Positions 31,501 to 46,213 are shown, numbered from the stretch's first letter. The stretch: 64,000 bases of DNA from Amoebidium appalachense (GCA_963693365.1 CAVNZM010000003.1:4770472-4834471), one strand, 5' to 3'. Numbers and translations: made by a program. Notes: generated by a model not told the origin, from the letters alone.

Positions 31501-31961
31501 TGATCATGCCCTCGTTCGTCTCCTCGTCTATCTCCACCGTTGTGATGGTCTCCTCCACATCCGAAAGAATCATGTTCAGATGCTGGTCGTACGCCTGAAG
31601 AATAAAAAACGTAAATGCAACTCGAAAAAGGTCACAGTGTATGCATCATAAGCAGAACCCACCAGGGTGAAGGGGGAGGGGGGCTTTTGGGAAAAAGGAG
31701 TGGTTCAACAAATCATGCATACCATTACTGAAGAGAAGAGAGCGGAAAGGGGGGGGGGGGGGGGGGGGGGGGGGGGGAAGGGGAGGGGCGGGACAAAAAG
31801 AGAGGGAAGGGCAGGAGCGGAGGCATAACAGAAAGCCAGGAAAGCAAAGGCCATAAGGGGAAAAGGAGCAGAGATGGGGGATCAAGGAGAGACACAGTGT
31901 GAGAGACGATCGTGAAGTAAAAAAAAAAAAACGAGTCAAAAGGGGGAGGTGACGTGTGTGT

Positions 31962-31992
<31 letters not shown>

Positions 31993-32257
31993 GGGGGGGG
32001 GAGAGGGGGGAGGAATGCAACAGAGCCCCGTGTACACATTCGTGACCGAAAGCACAATGAAGATTTTGCAAGCAGACAGAAAGAATATGCATCCTAAGCA
32101 ATGGGGGGTGGGGGGTGGGGGTGCGTGGGTGGGTGGGTGGGTGTGGGGGGGGGGGGGGGGGGGGGGGGGGGGAGGGGGGGGGGGGGAGTGAGGGGGGAGG
32201 GAGGGGAAAAAAGATAGCAAGAGAGAGACAGAGCGAGACAGAGCGAGAGAGCGGGAG

Positions 32258-32338
<81 letters not shown>

Positions 32339-33279
32339 CAGGGAGGGAGGGGGGGAAGGGAGGGGGAGGGGGGGGGGGGGGGGGGGGGAGGGGGAGGGGG
32401 CAAAGAGAGAGGGAGAGAGAACTTGTGGGGTGGGAGAAGTGTTTGGGAGGGGGGGGGAGGGGGGGGAGAGGGGGAACGGCAAAGGAAAAGAGAAAGAGAT
32501 AGGGTTATCAGTGAACAATAAGGAAGCAGATGAGTGGTAGCCGTAAAGACATGATAGGGGGGGGGGGGAGGTGAGAGAAAAGAGTTACAAAAAGGATTGG
32601 GGAAGTGGTATGGCAGAATGCCAACGGGGTTGGGTGTTGGGGTGGGGAGGGGGGAAAGGAAGAAGAGACGAAGAGGAGAGAGGGGGAGTGAGAGGGTGTA
32701 CAGAGGGAGGGGGGGGGAGGGGGGGGGGAGGTACTGCAGAGCGCTATGAAGGAAAAGAGAGGGAGGGTTGGCAGGAAAGAATGAGTGGCAAAACAGGATT
32801 CTCATGGGAAGAGAGACGTGGAGATGGAACCATGGGATGCGGAGAGTGAGAAAGTAAGGCAATCTTGAAGAGGAAGAAGAAGCAAATGGGAGAACGTGAG
32901 ACAGGCATAGGGTGAGGGTTGTGGACATCCACTAGAGCGGCCAAGAGGACGGATGCCATTAACAAGACCCAGAAAGGTAGCGGCCGGGGGAGGGGGGGGG
33001 GGGGAGGGGGGAGAGCGAGAGACGGGGCGGGGGGGGGGGGGGGGGGGGGGGAGGGGGGCGGCGGCCGGGGAACGGAGGGCGAGGAGAGAAAGAGAAAAGG
33101 GAGGGTTGAGGGTTGGCATGGGGGTGTGAGAGAAAAGAGAGAAAAGAGATAGAAAGAGAGAAAGAGAGGGAGAAGAGAGTCAGAGAGGGAGAGAGGAAGG
33201 GACGGAAGGGAAAGAGAGGGAGGGAAAGATAGATAGATAGAGAGAGAGAGAGAGCGAGAGAGAGAGAGAGGGGGAGAGA

Positions 33280-33334
<55 letters not shown>

Positions 33335-33611
33335 AGGGGGGGGGGAGGGAGGGAGAAAGACGAGAGAAATAGAGGTGGGCAAGAGAGGAGGCAAAAGATG
33401 CACACGCAACGGCACCTGAACAACTTTGTCAAACAGTCACACACGACACACCCATGACCTAGGTAACTCAAGCTCTCGGTGTATCCTTAATAACCCGTCC
33501 CTTCCCCCCCCCCCCCCCCCCCCCTCCCCCCTTTTCCTCCCCATCCCCAAAAGAACCAACCAACCAACCAAAAAACAAAACAACAACAACAAAAAAGACA
33601 CACAAACACAA

Positions 33612-33671
<60 letters not shown>

Positions 33672-33799
33672 TACAGCAGGTTCCCTACCGCCCTCCCCCC
33701 TCCTCCTCACCCTTCTTCTCTCTCTCTCGCCCTCTTCCTCTCTCTCTCTCCCTGTCTTCCTCCCCCACCCCCCCACCCCCTCTCCCCCTCCACCCCTTG

Positions 33800-33840
<41 letters not shown>

Positions 33841-34065
33841 TCTCTTTCTCTCTCTCGCCCCGTCTCTCTCTCTCTCTCCCCCCTTCCCTCCCCCCTCTCA
33901 CTCCTCTTTCTCTATTCCTTCCTCTGTCTCTCCCTCTCTCTCTGTCCTTCCCTATCCCTCCCCCCCCTCCCCCCCCCCCCCCCCCCTCCCCCCCCCCCCC
34001 TCCCTCCTTCCAATCGCACACACACACAACACACACACACACCCACGCAAACGCAAGTGTGTGCG

Positions 34066-34103
<38 letters not shown>

Positions 34104-34387
34104 CTCGCGCGCGCGCGAGCGCGCGCACACACACGCACACACACGCACGCACGCACGCACACACACACATTTCCCCTCCCGTCCCTCCCCCTCCCTCCCC
34201 TCCCCTCTCTTCCTCCCCTCCCCCCCCTCCCCCCCCCCTCCCCTCCCCCCCCTCCACCTCATTCACTTACGTGCAGGCGTCCCCTCAGCTCCCTATCACT
34301 CCGCAGCTTGACGTATATTCTCTCATCCAGACTAAGACGCACAAGGTCTAGCGGCTCCTCAACCGTGGTTACAGGCTCTGTCTCCAT
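29880..34387 (-). CDS. LSM3: U6 snRNA-associated Sm-like protein LSm3 (98 aa), 3 exons: 34271-34387, 31499-31594, 29880-29963
   Basis: Spliced product [39 protein letters not shown]|[32 protein letters not shown]|[27 protein letters not shown]; GT-AG introns, all phase 0. Confidence 0.96.
30990..31498. repeat. Compound (CA)n/(GCAC)n microsatellite, representative of many simple repeats throughout 11.3-64 kb
   Basis: Directly visible; similar CA/GT, GA/TC, TTG/TTA and G/C homopolymer tracts fill most introns and intergenic DNA. Confidence 0.95.
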
Positions 34388-34869
34388 CTTAGCGAATATG
34401 TAAAAGGGCTGAAACTGAAGAACAGTTACGTGTGTCTGTGTATGGGACGTAAAACGTTGATTTCAAGTGGCCTCCAGCAGTCTGCCAGTCACGGCCCTCT
34501 GTGCGCAGGGGATATTGATACTACCAAAATGTAAGGGTGTTACTAACAATAGAAAGATAAAAATAGAACTTTGTGCTCGAGCCTCCAGTATGTACTGTAG
34601 TCTACATAATGTCGACTCTAGATAGTGGTAAGGGTGGAGTTTTTTGGGCTTAGAGTGACGTCACGGCATGGTGTGGGGCGCCCGCGGGCCCGCGCGGGAG
34701 CCAGGGCCCTAATTACTCAGTTCAGTTATAGCATAGTCAACGTCCGATTACCTTTACTTACACAGAAAATGCTGATTGATAATTTAAGAAGGGAATTTTC
34801 TTACATATTGTAGTACTATGCCCACCTATATTTTAGGTTGTGATATCTACTTAGTACTGATACGTATAG

Positions 34870-35505
34870 GGGCGTGCTACTATACCGCCGGATGAGCCAC
34901 AGTGCGGAGGAGCTCGAGGGCCCGGAGCTCCAGAACGGCGCTGGGCAGTCCACGCTCGTGTGGTTCCCAGGGAGCCGCCAGCAGGACCGGCGGGCGGCGG
35001 GGGGAACAAAGAACCGCACCCCATCTTGCCAGTGGAGCGTGGCAGCATCGGTGGTCACAGTGACGCTGGGGAGAGGTGACAGTTCGTACGGTGGGAGCTG
35101 GGGTATGCGGGTCGGGAGGGAGCCGATGATTCGGAGGAGCCGGCCCAAAAGGCGAAGCTTGTGGCGCCAGGAGCCGGGCCGACCCGAAAGGACGCCATAG
35201 ACAGGTCGGACCAGGGTCAGGACGTGGGGGACCGCGGGCCGAAGACTCACGGCCAGGCCAAGCCAACGGGAGAGGAGCTTGGCAGACACAAAGCGGCGTG
35301 AAACACAGGCATGACCCATCACCAGGCTGTGGCCTCCCTGAGCTTGGAGAGGGAGGCCGAGGTTGGACGGACTCCGAGCTGGCCTTGGAGCAGGTCGACG
35401 GTAACCCCCAGGTGGTCCAGGACATGGGTCGGTTCCCACTGGCAGTGACCCTTGGTGGGCAGGCGCTGCAGACCGTGGGCGGACAACAGCTGGGTCACCA
35501 GATCT
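34870..35505 (-). pseudogene. Decayed DIRS/Ngaro-type (tyrosine-recombinase retrotransposon) RT-RNase H fragment
   Basis: Across frameshifts: LLSAHGL...KG..WEPTHVLDHLGVTVD (RT end), LLSRWLGLAVSLRPAVP...RPVY (thumb), VTTDAAT / WGAVL...W..HE...SAVLELRAL (DIRS-type RNase H). GC-rich island with stops and frameshifts. Confidence 0.75.
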
Positions 35506-36743
35506 CGAACCCTATAGATCTGTTTGCATCCTCGAGTGGGGAGACTTGTGTGCGACGGCCCTATGTGTTAGGACCTCATCTACCGTCACATCAACAGACA
35601 CGAGAACACAAACTTCAACCCCTTGAGTGGGGATGTTGGAATACGTCACTACGTAGGACAGCAAGAGTCTTGAAGTATGTATGTGTCTTAGCTTTTTTTG
35701 TATTCGTGTCTGCTCTCCTTCAGTTTGTACTCTCCCCCATCTCTCCCTTTTTCTCTTTCCCCCTCCCCCCCCTCCCCCCCCCCCCCCCCCCCCCCCCGTA
35801 TCTCTCTCTCTCCCTTGTTTCTGTGTGCACAGATATCTGTAGATCTGTTCACACCTGGCTCTCTTGCCTGATAGAACTTATTGTATTTTATCTGTGTTTG
35901 CTCTCCTCTGTTTATCTGAGAGGTAGCGTGATTGGCTAGCTATATTCGTTGTCTTTGTTTTAGTTCAAAGTTTAGTTTTACTAGTAGTTCACAATAAGAT
36001 AACTCACCAATAGTCGCGAGTGAGTACATCTATAGATCGTGTTGTGCATCCCTATCTATTAATATACGTGTTATGATTGGACACAATAGATATGTATGGA
36101 ATTCGGTTTATCGTAATGTGTCTTCACTTTGAGAGTGTCGACTATTTAGGAAATAAATGTATTTAATTGAGTTTCTTTATAGAGACGAGTATAAATATAT
36201 GATGACATTGTGTATTAATAGTGACAAGATGTGAAATTACTTGAAGTTGTTTAAGAAAGAGTTTCTAAGCTTCAGTCAATGTCGGAAGTTGGAATGCGTA
36301 TGCTCTGTTGGAATGTGTTTTCTATCATCTGATAGAACCGATTGGTTCTGAACCGATTGGTTCTCCTCTCTTAGTTGAGATAAGATGATAAGTTGCAAGT
36401 ACAAAAAGACCTGAGAGCACAATAAAAGGTCAGTTGTTGTTTGAAATCTTTCAAGTGTCGTGAACAACTCCGATTGCCCTCTCTTTATTGTGTTGGTCGT
36501 GTTTTACATGACACCTCTGTGCACTCTGCTCCCTTAGACCCGTACAAAACAACAGAGAGAGACAGAGAGAGAGATAGGGAGAAGAAGAGAATGTCAAGAG
36601 AGAGAGAGGGAGAGATACAGACCAACAGACCGACTGACCAACAGACAGACAAGACAGACACACAGAAGACAGAGAGAGGGGGGGGCGAAGGAAGGGGGGG
36701 GGGGGGGGAGGGGGAGGGAGAGAGGGGGGGGGGGGGGGAGAGG

Positions 36744-36788
<45 letters not shown>

Positions 36789-38276
36789 GTTCGGGGAGAG
36801 AAAAGGTAGTGAAGGAGAGAAGAAGAGGGGGCCCCGGGGGGAGGGAGGGAGGGGGGGGGGGGAGGGAGGGGGGAGGCGGGGAAGAGAGAAAGAGAGAGAA
36901 AAAGAGAGACACTCGAGAAAGAGAGAGAAAGGGAGAGAGACTGTGTGTGTGTGTGTTCGTGTACATGTGTATGTGTGCGCGATGTGTGTGCCGTAATGCT
37001 ATGTGCGCATACCCAGGCGTGCAAGCGTGTGTGTGAGTGTGTGTTGCAGTTGTTGTTTTCAGCCGGTCCGCCAGCTGCAGCCGCTCCAGCAAAAACATAA
37101 CCTTCTCCACTAATTTTTCTTTTATCAGGTTGACATAAGTGTAACAAACGCACTTTCGCTTTTTTTTTCTTGGGTTCGGTGTTATATGCCGAATGAATAC
37201 TGTGTTGTATGGCATGTAAGCTACCCACGTGCCCCGTGTTGGCCGCCGGGGTGCGAAGGTGCACAATGCCCTCAGATGCATGCCACAGAGCACCTTGGGT
37301 ATTCTATAACGAGTACGACTGGGTCATGTTTCTTTTTTTGCCCTGGGACTCGGGGGGCGGGGGGGGGGGGGGGGGGAGAAGGGGGGGGAGGGGGGTGGGG
37401 GCTCAATTGGGTGTGTAGTGGCTGGGGGGAGAAGGGGGGGGAGGGGGGTGGGGGCTCAATTGGGTGTGTAGTGGCTGGGGGGAGGAGGTGGTGGTGGTGG
37501 TGGTGGGGGGGGGGGGGGGGGGGTGAGGGAAGGGAGGGGGGGGCGGGGGGAGGGAGGGAGGGGGGAGCAGTTGGAGGAAGGCAACGGTACAATATTTGTG
37601 CACATGTACTCGGGTGCGTGTGAGTGTGTTGTGAGGGGCCTGGGGGGGAGAGGGGGGGGGGAAGGGGGGGGCCGCGCGGGGGGGGGGGGGGGGGGGGGGG
37701 GGAGGGAGGGGGAGGGGGGGAGGGGGGGGGGGGGGGGGACTCGGAGGGGCCGGTAAAGCCTGCAACAGGCAGGGTATAACCAATGATATGTTTACACAGC
37801 ACCGTGTGATATAAAATTTAAAGCAACACAACTTGAGGATTTGAAGAATACATCTCAAGCTTGATACGTGGGAAGAACTACCACAACGGATCATGATCAT
37901 GGATACAGTAAAGATAGTGTCATGGTACTAGATCGGCTGAATTTACAGGGCTGAACATGGCGGAAGCCACCAAAGGTACCCCAAAGTTTGTACATGCACA
38001 GTCTGGGCAATGCCTGCCAGTAGTCGAATTGAATAATAATAAATGATAAATGATGATCTACTATAGACCAGCTTGTTTGCACTGCAGTTTAATACACGCT
38101 AACAATTTAGGTATACGTAAAGCCATTTAATTCGTGTCTTGCCGCTCTGCAGGCACATCAACAGCTGTTTTCGAACCCAACTTAGTAGCCAGCTTTAGCT
38201 TTAAGTTAGTATTATGCACTGGACTGTATTTATTACTGTTAAAGTTTGGTGGGAGTTGAGGGGCCTCCATGGGCCC

Positions 38277-38307
<31 letters not shown>

Positions 38308-40170
38308 AGGAGGAGGAGGAGGGGGGGGGGGGAGGGGAGTCCGGAGAGAGGAGGGGGGGGAGGGGAGGAGAAGGGGGAGGGGGGTGGGGGGGAGGGGGGA
38401 GGAGCTGATGTGGCCAACCGTAAAAAGCCTTTTGTAGTGCATGTCAGGTACCGTATTAGTAACACAAGGGGAATTAAAAAAAAAGGAACCCGCGGTGGGG
38501 AGGATTTTTTCCACCAAACTTGTCCAAAAAAAAAAATCCTTTTTCTAGTGCTGATCGAGGGATAAGATACTCGTACGGTGCTTTCAAGAATTATAATTCG
38601 TGGATGTCTAGGCATGCAACGTTCGAACTAGGCTCAGATCATTATTCCGCAGCCGAGATACTCGGGGCCTGAAGGGTGGCGGTGGAGGTGCACACGTGTG
38701 TGTGTGCATGTGTGTGTGTGTGTGTGTGTGTCTATGCGTGTGTATGTACGTGCTGTGTGTGGAGAGGGGGGGAGAGGGGGGGGGGGGGGGGAGGGGGGGG
38801 AGAAGAGAGAAGGGGCGAAGGCGCTGGTCTGTGTCGAACCCTGCCAGGCATGCTGGCAGTAGGCACATGTTACCTTATTCATAGTAACTTTTCAAGTGAA
38901 TCACACGTTGAACGTGCACATGCGTCTGTTGCGAGCGGCCACGTTTCTCTGTGTGTGCAAGGAAGGGGGAAAGGGACTCGGGCTCGGAGGGGAGGAGGAG
39001 GTGGTGGTGGTGTTTGGGGGGGGGGGGGGGGGGGGGGGGGGGAGGGGGAGGGGGGGCTGGAATGTGTTGCAGAAGCACAGTGTACATCCACGACCGGAAA
39101 CACCATGCAGAAAGTTGCAGAAAAGAGAACACAAAACATAAAAGCGTAAGCATCACAAGAAGGGTTTGCCGCTGGTATGACTTTGAAACAAAACTTTGCC
39201 AGCACATGTTCTGGTTTATTGCCAGTGGCCAGCACTTTTCACTAAAGACCACGGGGGAATCAACCACCCGTTCGTTTTTTTTGTTTTTCCACAATCGAAA
39301 AACTACATTCGCGAAGTGGCCATTTGGCTCACTTTTATGGCGTTTCAAACTACATTTTTTCACCTTTTTTCTTCTTAGGAATACAAAATTGTATGACGGA
39401 AAGAGAAACAGTAAACCGCCAGCTACGGTGGAGAATTAAGCTTGCATGGCTTTCCAGGTCTGTTTTACATTAGACTACCTAGCTCCCACCCTAATAACCA
39501 GATTCTACTTGCGCGTTTACACCTCCTTAGGACTAGGAATAAGAACGTTGGAATCACGGAGGGACACACAACAAGAATTATATGCATATACACACACATA
39601 AACCATGGCCAACCACATCATTATACATCGAAAGTGTATACGATATACTGGAAGAATATGCCTGTCGGAACCGAGGAAGAACAAAAAACAAATGTTCCAT
39701 CTACACACACTGTTGAAGGAAGTTCCCAAGGTGTACCGAAAATCACACAAGAATGGATCAATCATCAATTGTTGAACATGCAGGAAGAAAGAAAAGAAAA
39801 GTGAAATTAAAGGAAAACAAAGAACTATACACTTGAAGGTTACAATTACACGAAGAAATCCCCATGCATCACATCCTTCTCAATTCCTGTTTATGTTCAA
39901 ATCGGGCAAAAAGCGACCACTCGGTCACAGTTATTGCTGCGTTCTCAATGCAGCTCCTAAAGCACCAGCCTCACTGGTTGACAAAACTACAAAAACATTA
40001 TGAATACTCAGGAAGCATTTTAGAAAATTTCTCGAATTTTCTTTTCACCCTATTGCATCGCTTATTTCCCTTTTTCAATTTAAAAAAATTCGGCCAGGAG
40101 CCAAAATACTGACCGTCCTTCTTGTTTCCGGCGGGCCCGGGGGTGTCGGGGGGAAATTCATTAATATCGT

Positions 40171-40405
40171 CTATGCTGATCGGTACGAGTCCAGATCCAT
40201 GGTGCTTTGAAAGACGTCTTGCGCATCCATGACACTGACGGGAGATGTCCGGTCATCCTGCTGTGGTGGTTTTTGTGTTATTAAGTGCGTGTCCCATGGA
40301 AAAAAAATGCAGAACAAATAACAAAATGACCGAGAAAGCAACCGTGCATAGACACCAAAAGCTACGAAATTTAGCTTTTGAAGGAAATGGGAGGAGGGAG
40401 GAGGG

Positions 40406-40445
<40 letters not shown>

Positions 40446-42409
40446 TTTACCTTTTGTGAGGTCATGGCATAGTTTTTTGCGGCAGTGGCAACCACTGAGC
40501 TATCGCTGGCACCCTGCTCGGCCACCAGCTGCTGGAAGTGCCTCCGCATCAACTCCTGGCACTCCTGGAACCGTGTCTGTGGGGGACAGGCTTGTAAGCA
40601 CACAGAGAACGGTACAAGGAGCCACCCCCCCCCCCCCCAAAAAAAAGGAATACCAATCAAGAGAAAGGCAAAGAGAAGAGGGTAGGGAAGCACGTGCACG
40701 CTTTACGTACCCAGGTAATAGCCATGCGCCGCAAGAGGGCCTCTGCAACAGCTCCAACCTCATGGTAACCGAGCATCTCCAGCCCGAGAAGGAGTGACCC
40801 GGCTGCCATCACAGACGGCTCGTAGCTGAGATATTCATAGCCTGGAAGAAACAACTCAGTGAGTAAGGGGCAAAAAAACACAAAAAAAAAAAAAAACACA
40901 CAAAAAAAACAAAAAAACGAGCACGTGTACCCAAAAATGGGCTTGACCGATTCGTTCCCAAAAATGAATAGCATCACAATGCTCACCTACGTGGCAGATG
41001 TCCAGTAGAGTCAGCGCGTATTCTCTCAGCCTGGCCATTGAAGGGCCCGAGAAGTTGAGGTAGCCCAGAGACTGCTCCAAAAGCTCATCAGCAGTCACTG
41101 CTTGGAGCGTCCACCCGAGCTGTGCAAGGATCAAGTGCTCTTGCGTCTGCGACAGGGAATTTTTGTGAGAACTCTTATATTGTTGCGAATCATACCCTTG
41201 AGTTGCTTCAAAGCAGACCTATGCTGAAGAGGCTCACCACCAAACATCGAAAAAAGGCAACGAGGGAACTTGTTTTTAACCAGCCATAAGTGAACACGTG
41301 GTCACCCGGAAAAGAGCACCCATATTCCGGAAAAGAGCACCCATATAAGGAAAAAAGGGGAGGAAACCGGTAATTTAATTTCTTTGAACACACACCTTAA
41401 CATGCTCTTCGGTGAAGGCCCCGTCCGCACACTCGGCGATAACGGCTGACCGAAGGGGATACTCATCTCTGAGTTTACTGTGGAGGTTTCCAGGTAAGCA
41501 ACTGATAGGACCAGAGCTAAAAAGCACCTTTCACGTGCCAAATCTGACAAACAAAAACGACAACATACACATTTTATTATTATTTGCCCTTAAAACTCAA
41601 AAAAAAAAAAAGAAAAAAAGAACTTACCTAGCAATAAGCATGGCTGCTGCACCAACACATTGCAGCCTATTTGGTGTAACCTTGACGACTGATAGATATC
41701 TATCCAAAAGGTTGACTGCTAGGCTGACACACGTCGATTTGTATGCTGTTGAGACTTCGATAATCCACTCGATAAGCTGTTGCCTCATCCAGGCCTTAAT
41801 GCTGTCGTTTTGCACAGACTGAAGATAGTCTGGTCGTGCCCTAAACTTGTGTTGGTCTGCGTGGAGCGACAGACCATGTTAGTTTTTCTGTTACCTTGCG
41901 TGGTAAGTTACTCCTTCAAGGAGAAGGCAAAGATGCCCTTAACAGCGTAGCTTTACCAGAGGAACATAAATCAGAAGTGCATTGAGCACGTGCTCACGTC
42001 TACTTTTGTTTCTTCATCAGAAACGTACAAAGCTCACCTGCAAGCATATACGTAAGGGTCTCCTCTTGATAGCCGAACGGGGTGTCCAGAAGTGTGTGGT
42101 CATTTACGTCTGGGGGAGAGAGAGAGTTGTTAGGTGTTTTGCTAACGGCACCCAGGAGTGTACCCATGATTCCCATACTTCACAGGGAAAAGCAAGAATT
42201 CAAAACACGAACATCAGTACCTTTTGGAATACTTGCAAAACACAAGAAAAATATGCTTAGCATGATACAAGAAAGCACGAGCGCAATGCTACGGGGGAGA
42301 CATGTAGAGGGTACATACCGTAAGTGTAAGGTGCCGTGTAGAGGTCTTCACATCCGTGGGAAGTAGGGCTGGCAAGGAACGGAGACTCGGAGCAAACTAG
42401 GTGCTGCAT
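40171..42409 (-). CDS. D-type (G1) cyclin, ~326 aa, 8 exons: 42319-42409, 42038-42109, 41628-41856, 41396-41477, 40987-41146, 40711-40841, 40451-40576, 40171-40260
   Basis: All introns GT-AG with consistent phases. MQHLVCSE (LxCxE), PDYLQSVQ..IKAWMRQQLIEWIIEV, LAVNLLDRYLS, LQCVGAAAMLIASKL, ILAQLGWTLQAVT, PSVMAAGS, C-terminal TSPVSV. Confidence 0.92.
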
Positions 42410-43939
42410 TTTCAAGCGTAGGCCGGTAAGAGGAACCGAAGAGTCAAGCGGGAAGAGGGAGGTGGTGGTGGTGGTGGGTAGACGGCGGATGCCTCGTCAA
42501 ATAAACATCACAAAGTAAGAATAAACGCCGTGGGTGTTCTTGCCAAGGGAGAAGGCAAGCGGGAAAGTATAAATAGTAACGTAAAGAAGAAGGGATAAAT
42601 AAAAAAAGGGAGGGGGCGGAAGGGGGGGATAGTTGAGTTTTCTCGCCTTCAAACACACACCCTCACCTAAAAGTGAACAAGCCCTGACTGAGGACCCGCG
42701 ATGTGGACTGGCTTGTTTTTGGCCTAAACCATCTTCATGTGTCGTATTGCAAACCTATCCAGACAAATTTCGAGGGCAAAACCGCACGCATAAAAAAGGC
42801 GGTGATCAAATGATTATGGCGTAGGCCAAACAGAAAGAAACAGTATATCTGATTTTGACTCTTTTATGCCAAAAGGAACATTATAACATAGTAAGTATTT
42901 GTTGCCTTTAGTATGTAGAAGCCGCTATATCTCCTACCGTCAGTGTGCACTCCCACCCGTCTGATGCATGATCTCTAGCTAAACTTGGGCATACTTTGGC
43001 AGTGAATATATCACAGACATCTCAAATTTCTTGATTACCTGTTTCACCACACAAAACAAGCAATATTTTCCTAGACCTTGTTGGCCCTGCTCTCAATTGG
43101 CCTACCGTATAAGGAAAATTTCTAAAGCATTTGATTGGGAGTTGCGATTAACAAACGCAAACGCCCGCAAGCATTCCAATACACGCCCACATGAAGTGAT
43201 GGCCCAATAGGAACGCTTCCGGAAAAGGTGTTCATAAGAGCAGCGACTGGTCGTTCCAAGCTTAACTTAAGGCTGGTGCAAAAAAGCCCAAAAACAAAGG
43301 GATGTCGCACACGTATACTACGCACACGCACAAGCAAATACTGTTAAATTACTTTAGCAGCTTCTTCATTCATTTCACTTTCTTAACACCAATTTTTTCC
43401 CCACAGATACACTCTGGCTGAGGGCGTCATAAAATCTACTGGCAAATGATGCAAGCTCTCAGAGTCATCGCTGTGGCCCCAGATCGGATCGATCGATCGT
43501 GAACTGCAAAAGGGCACGTGGCACTGGCACTGGCACACCGTCACGGTGGTGGGCCGAAGGGTGCGCCGGGGCCGGCGTGACACCTGTTACACGGCGTACC
43601 TGTACAGCTGCTGCCGTGTCTGCAGCGTCAGCGCATTTCAAAAGTATTACAGCAACCAAGCATTTAACTGAAGAATGCGTCTTTAAAGTTCATACAACAG
43701 TCAACCACTTTCGCAAGAGCACATATATATGCGTAAGAACACATATACATAGCATGTTAGCATGCTAATTTTTCTCAAATCGTATGCATACGACATAGGG
43801 CGGCGCACGAAGTTCAGTCTTCACACAACCTCGTTACCACGCGTACCGGATGCCGGACGGGCCCTTGGTAGTGCCGCAGGCCATCTCGTACGTATATATA
43901 CGTCGGCCCGAAAGCCACCCGCTGGTTTTTTTTTTTTTT

Positions 43940-43990
<51 letters not shown>

Positions 43991-46049
43991 CGTGTTTGTG
44001 TGTGGGGGGGTTTCATATCTTGAACACCTCACAAACACGCAATTCTTCTGCTGAACAAAGTATACAGCCATGCTTTTAGCATAGACATTAAAATGCCTTA
44101 TGATGGTGTGTATTCACTGTATGCGCAAACCAGAAATGGCCGGGCTTGTTGAGAGTGTCCACGTGATCAGATGGCTGCAATTTGGCATTTTTGAATTTCT
44201 CATGCGCGAAGGAATTCGGACGTTATCACCCTGAGACTTATGAAGCTAAACCCTACTCCGATAGGCTAAATGTCACATTATTTATTCTCCTAATTCACTT
44301 AGTTGGCTGTCTTTTTCATTGGCTCTCGAGCGTGGAAAGGCCATGTTTTGGTGATATGACTGATATCGATGGCGTGGTAGCTTCATCATTCATGGTCTGT
44401 AAATAAAAACTTTTATAGTCAAAGTATGCTAAACCCAATAATTACAAAAACATGTAGTTGTTTAATAACTATCATTCTAACAGCCACGCGACCTGTCAAC
44501 GGCCTATATTCCTACTTTTTTTTTTTATTGTTTTATAAAAACATATGTTTACTTTCCCACGAGCACAATCTTCAAATTGCTTCCAAACCCATATGATCAG
44601 AGCGGCAATACGCGAAAGCTCTGTACCCCTGTTTCGAACCAATAGGAATGGAGCGTTTTGTGAGGTGCTCCGGCCGGAGCCTCCGAGCTTCGGGGAGTCA
44701 CACAATTGCCTTTTCAGTACACGTGTAGAATAATAATGCTTCATACGGTCCATATGTACGTATATATGTGCAACGTGTCTCAGAAACATTTCCATACATT
44801 TTTATTGTCAATATATATAGCTCCGCAAGTGCAACGATCACGTTTTATTTCATGACATTACCACATTGGCAACGTTTCGGGTGCACGGCAGCTTGAATTC
44901 ACGGGCACGGTAACGAAGACGGGGCCACCAGTGGCCCACCACATGCTAGATTTGGCTGGGAGGTAACGAAACATGTGAATATTCACGTGATGCGGACGAA
45001 TCGGATGGCGTAGGATACGATAGTGAAGCCTTCCAACGAAGCAAAAATACATGTCGACATGTCTTTTTTATGTTTGCATGCAATGCACGGTGGCACCATC
45101 GACGATTCGAACAGTACACATGGCAAGAGTAGTGCTAACAAGCGGAGCAAATATGTACGTGCGTGCCGTCCAAGCCATCATAGATTCTGACATATTATGT
45201 TACACGTGATAGGCCTGGCTGCACGTACTTGTGATTATGAATGATTCAGACGCACCGTACGTCTACATTTTGTAAGTGTTTAGTGGATTGCAAGTGTTGG
45301 CTGCGTTGTAGGAGGTCTTCTTTTAAAGCAGGTATGCAATCTTTATGTTGGTATAGTATTCGTAAATAAATATATTACATATATAGGGGGCACTACTATT
45401 GAATTCGAAGATACTGGCAGGGGGGTTTGATTGAGTTCTGCTGCAACTTCCGCAGTTCACATTTTCTTACCCGATTCACAGCCGAACTGCTTAGCAGGCT
45501 CGCTGCTATCTTTTCCCCTCTTGGCACGTTCTGAGGCCGTCTGTTTAGATCATTATGGTAACTATAGTAAGGCATGGAAAAATCATTCTACATTATTTTA
45601 GTGGTACCAATAGGATGCAGTGCACATGCACATGCACTCCTAATCGACTCGTGCGTGCGTACTATCAATTAGCATGGAGTCATGGATAAGTATACAACGT
45701 CACCTTACGAGCCACCCTTGAGCTCAGAGTGCGCCTGTATGTACTGTATGCATGAGAAATGCTTCTCCATGTGTCACGTGAGCAGTGCACTGTCTGCTAA
45801 CACTATCAAACTCTCTCTGATTGACAATTATTGACTCGAGAGTCACACTGAGTGATGGCATGCATATATGCATATGCACATGGCATCTTCACATGTTATG
45901 TCCACTTTGCATAATATTTTAGGTCATGATTCTTTTACATGCTAGATCTACGTTGAATCTGAATACTTCGTTATATTATGGATGGGGGTCGTGCCACCAG
46001 CTGTGAGGTCCATGTATGTACATGGGGCCACCACCTAAGTGGCACCTAC

Positions 46050-46100
<51 letters not shown>

Positions 46101-46101
46101 G

Positions 46102-46141
<40 letters not shown>

Positions 46142-46213
46142 CTCGAGGAGGGGGAGGGAGGGTGAGAGGAGGGTGAGAGAAACCTTTGGGGGGGGGGGGG
46201 GGGGGGGGGGGGG

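Noticed and set aside
45600-45960. Palindrome-rich stretch (TGCA/CATG motifs) as a MITE
   Set aside because: Could not identify terminal inverted repeats or a TSD.
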